Positions 63,409 through 64,000 of a stretch of DNA of 64,000 nt are shown one piece after another. This DNA is from Candidatus Iainarchaeum sp. (GTDB lineage: Archaea; Micrarchaeota; Micrarchaeia; Anstonellales; Bilamarchaeaceae). The stretch's first letter is position 1. Each line of letters starts with the position of its first letter. The position numbers and the translations under genes are program-made. The notes under the pieces were generated by a model. The model searched no databases. It saw only the letters and a program-made list of their open reading frames with translations, and was not told the DNA's origin. The stretch is taken from contig JAQUBA010000001.1 of NCBI GenBank assembly GCA_028686985.1, forward strand, positions 17,194 to 81,193, given 5' to 3'.

Positions 63409-64000
63409 TCAGGCAATAGCCGCTATGCACTCTTCCAGCGCGGCCGCCATCTTCTCCGCGTCCGCATCGGTGAGGTCCGTTCTGTTCATCCCGAACCCCC
63501 CCTCTAGGAAAATCAGGTGCTTGTAGTATCTCGCGACCAGCTCCTTCGCCTTTTTCTCGTCCAGCCGCACCTCGCCGTTCGCGAGCCTCATCACGAGCCC
63601 CGGCAGTTCGGTCATGTCGTGCACGGTTATCACGGGCTCCCTGCCCGCGAAGAGCAGGTCGTGCCCGAACGTGACCACGGGCTTGCCGAGCACGAGCGCC
63701 TCGTACCCCGGAGTGGAGTTTATTATGAACACGCCCTTTGAGCCGTTTATCAGGTCTATGGTGCTCACGTCCGGGGAAACCATGCGCACGTTCGGGAGCG
63801 ACGCCACCTCCCTCATCTTCGCCAGGGGGATGTCCCTGCTCTTCCAGTGGGGGTGCGGCTTTATGATGAGGTAATGGCCCATCGGCAGGCTCATGGAAAT
63901 GCTCTTTATGACGTAAAACTGGCTAAGGAACGCCTCCTGGTAGGACGCGTTCGCCTCGTCGTCAAACTGCATGGGGAAGAGGAAATAGTTCATGTTCGCG
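63409..64000 (-). CDS. Capsule polysaccharide biosynthesis (KpsS/LpsZ, Capsule_synth-like) protein, C-terminal part; probably continues past the window end
   Basis: FLFPMQFDDEAN...LIIKPHPHWK...FIINSTPGYEALVLGKPVVTFG. The reading frame is open upstream of the first Met (..ANMNYF) to position 64000. Confidence 0.45.
   Translation of the reverse strand, partial: ANMNYFLFPMQFDDEANASYQEAFLSQFYVIKSISMSLPMGHYLIIKPHPHWKSRDIPLAKMREVASLPNVRMVSPDVSTIDLINGSKGVFIINSTPGYEALVLGKPVVTFGHDLLFAGREPVITVHDMTELPGLVMRLANGEVRLDEKKAKELVARYYKHLIFLEGGFGMNRTDLTDADAEKMAAALEECIAAIA

Overview
GC-rich archaeal chromosomal window, densely coded, mostly on the minus strand. Archaeal identity rests on TFE, RadA, FEN1, aIF2-alpha, aIF6, Nop10, GINS, aMBF1, prefoldin, SRP receptor, ribosomal proteins L44e/S27e/L31e/L39e/S19e/LX, archaeal-type ThrRS/AlaRS/PheRS-alpha and class-III signal peptide pilins. 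The lineage cannot be fixed from sequence alone. Positions 1-48 kb hold information-processing and core-metabolism genes: purF fragment, glmU/glmM, tpiA, nadK, thyX, mtnA plus a class-II aldolase, a cupin PGI, secDF, and four tRNAs. Orphan secreted or membrane proteins are interspersed. Positions 48-64 kb form a cell-surface glycan biosynthesis island. Many neighbouring genes overlap by 1 or 4 nt (ATGA/TGATG). Many first genes sit about 25-35 nt downstream of a TATA-like box, suggesting leaderless or short-leader mRNAs. I saw no rRNA, CRISPR array, transposase or integrase. The most unusual signals are non-coding. (1) A conserved ~100-nt module with a G-run/C-run hairpin lies directly 5' of three of the four tRNA genes. 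(2) A fourth copy of that hairpin sits behind glmM, beside a diverged duplicate of the last 15 glmM codons. (3) A 16-nt palindrome occurs twice, each time just after a TAG stop. Further items are low-complexity basic tails on TFE, L31e and FtsY, two pilin genes appended to a translation operon, a DUF736-like ORF overlapping radA, pheS sandwiched between surface-protein genes, and an in-frame TAG at codon 5 of an SpsF-like gene. All functional calls come from reading motifs by eye; no database search was run. In the ORF track an initial M can stand for GTG or TTG, and several starts were re-placed by hand.
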